Shown piece after piece: positions 62,311-64,000 of a DNA stretch of 64,000 nucleotides (positions are counted from its first letter, which is position 1; every line of letters begins with the position of its first letter). The translations under genes were made by a program, and so were the position numbers. Source of the stretch: Phoronis australis. Taxonomy: Eukaryota > Animalia > Phoronida. Where the stretch lies: NCBI GenBank assembly GCA_002633005.1, contig NMRA01000872.1, positions 38,475 through 102,474 of the forward strand, given 5' to 3'. Below the pieces are notes generated by a model that saw only the letters and a program-made list of their open reading frames with translations, did no database searches and was not told where the DNA came from.

Positions 62311-63404
62311 AAAACGGTTATAAACTTGCAACGAATATAGCGGTAAAAGACTTCAAAGTTTTTAAAGTGTACTTTGTACTTTTCAAGCCTCCCAATAGCT
62401 ATGTGACGCTCAGAAAATTTTAAATAATCACAATTTTTAAGGAAGTAATTCCAAGTGCCGAATGGAGTAGCGACATCTATAGAATGAAACTGTAAACGAT
62501 GGCAAAGCGAGTGATGCATGATATCAAAGCCACTGGGGAAATTCAAGCCAGGCGGATTTAAGGGGGGCGTGTGAAGGTAGCCGACCACTCGGTTCACTCT
62601 TGACTCTATATAGTTGCGACGGCCGGCATGATACCTAGTGCATCTATGGCCGAAGTTATGTCATGGGTTAACTAGAACCTTCAGCGACGGCGCCTGCAAT
62701 CCGGCACTGAGGTGCGACCGTTGACATTTTACTAGGATTTGTTGTGTTAACACCCAAGTGTTTGCATTATTGCTTAAGAGATCTTATTGCATGCTCGTAG
62801 GCCTACTGCCGGAGCCGACCTGCCCATGACTGTATGCGCGCGGGGGGGCGGGGTCCCGGAGGGCCGAGCGGGGTGCCGCGGCCGCGGGAGCCCGCCGGGG
62901 TAGGCCGGCAAACTAGGCCGGGTCCGCCAAATTTATTCAGATTACCCGGCCGTACTTAGTCAATTACCTACACGTAATGCTCTTTTACTTAAAATATTTT
63001 TCGCTGAAAATGAAAGATTGTCAGCTACCTGCGGCACCATAGCCTATATGTAGCACTAGAAAAAGCTAGGTAGGCCTCTCAGGCTACCCGGTAGGCCTAC
63101 GGCACCGGTAACACTGAAGTCTTACTGTTTATAGTATCGAATGTTTAGTTTTTTTAAACCATCTCGTTCCTCGTAATATGCTTAATAACACCAGAACCAT
63201 TCAATATTACCAGGAAGAGATAACCACCAGGAAGAGATTCTTCCTGATATTACCTATATTTACGTTTAGACCGGCAGCCCAGAGCACTTAGCATAGATGA
63301 ACGAGGTACCAACATCTGACCACGGGAGCATTTAAAGTCCACCTCAGTATGTACAGAAATGGACGTCTGCCGTTGTCTGCACTCTGGGTGTGACCCCTGG
63401 GGGC

Positions 63405-64000
63405 CTTACAAAGACCCCAAAAAATGAGCTAGACTAGATATTCGAGGTACCAACCAAAACTGATTTAAAACGAACAATAATACCGCACTGAACACCGAAT
63501 GACCCATGACAGACAAATTGCACTCTGGAATGGGTCCGGCAGAAGCCAAAAAAGGACCCCCCAAAAATGAGCTAGCACATACATTCGAGGTACCACACAA
63601 AACCAATTCCATGTGATTCAATACATGTCACAGATCACTAAAACCCCTATGACAGACAAAATACACTCTGGGTTGTGCCCGGCAGAAACCCCCAAAAATC
63701 TCAACCATGGTATGCCATCAAAAATTTGAGCTAGACTAGATTTTCGAGGTACCGGCCAAAACTGATTTTAAACGAACAATAGTACCGCACTGAACACCAA
63801 ATGACCCATGACAGACAAATTGCACTCTGGAATGGGTCCGGCAGAAACCAAAAAAGGACCCCCCAAAAATGAGCTAGCACATACATTCGAGGTACCACAC
63901 AAAACCAATTCCATATGATTCAATACATGTCACAGATCACTAAAACCCCTATGACAGACAAAATACACTCTGGGTTGTGCCCGGCAGAAACCCCCAAAAA
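63405..64000. repeat. Tandem satellite-like array, ~301-bp dimer of related ~143/158-bp monomers, running off the window end
   Basis: gagctagactagat occurs at 63427 and 63728. gagctagcacatacattcgaggtacc occurs at 63570 and 63871. Both monomers share atgacagacaaa.t.cactctgg...ccggcagaa. Confidence 0.85.

Overview
Eukaryotic (intron-rich, about 39% GC, probably marine invertebrate/lophotrochozoan-type) genomic DNA from a scaffolded assembly with single-N joins at 1973, 13785, 36443 and 40115. Five spliced protein-coding genes were reconstructed by hand from splice sites and reading phase. They are: a 5'-truncated animal-type alpha-amylase with an extra ~200-aa C-terminal domain (+, 1-9295), a two-coding-exon copper amine oxidase (-, 16955-20636), tubulin-specific chaperone A (TBCA; +, 27303-32934), a secreted astacin metalloprotease (+, 39297-45865) and a FAM174-like membrane protein (-, 56158-62241). 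Mobile DNA includes a 5'-truncated L1/Tx1-type LINE, a Gypsy integrase remnant, several MITEs, tRNA-derived SINE fragments, a DINE/HINE-like element with an array of CTCF-consensus motifs, a 34-bp minisatellite and a ~301-bp satellite. The most notable element is a 536-bp miniature LTR retrotransposon (TRIM) with tRNA-Ser PBS, PPT and TSD, whose LTRs carry a tRNA-like Pol III A/B-box promoter. A solo LTR of the same family lies 34 kb away. Two tandem duplications abut N joins and are probably uncollapsed haplotypes.
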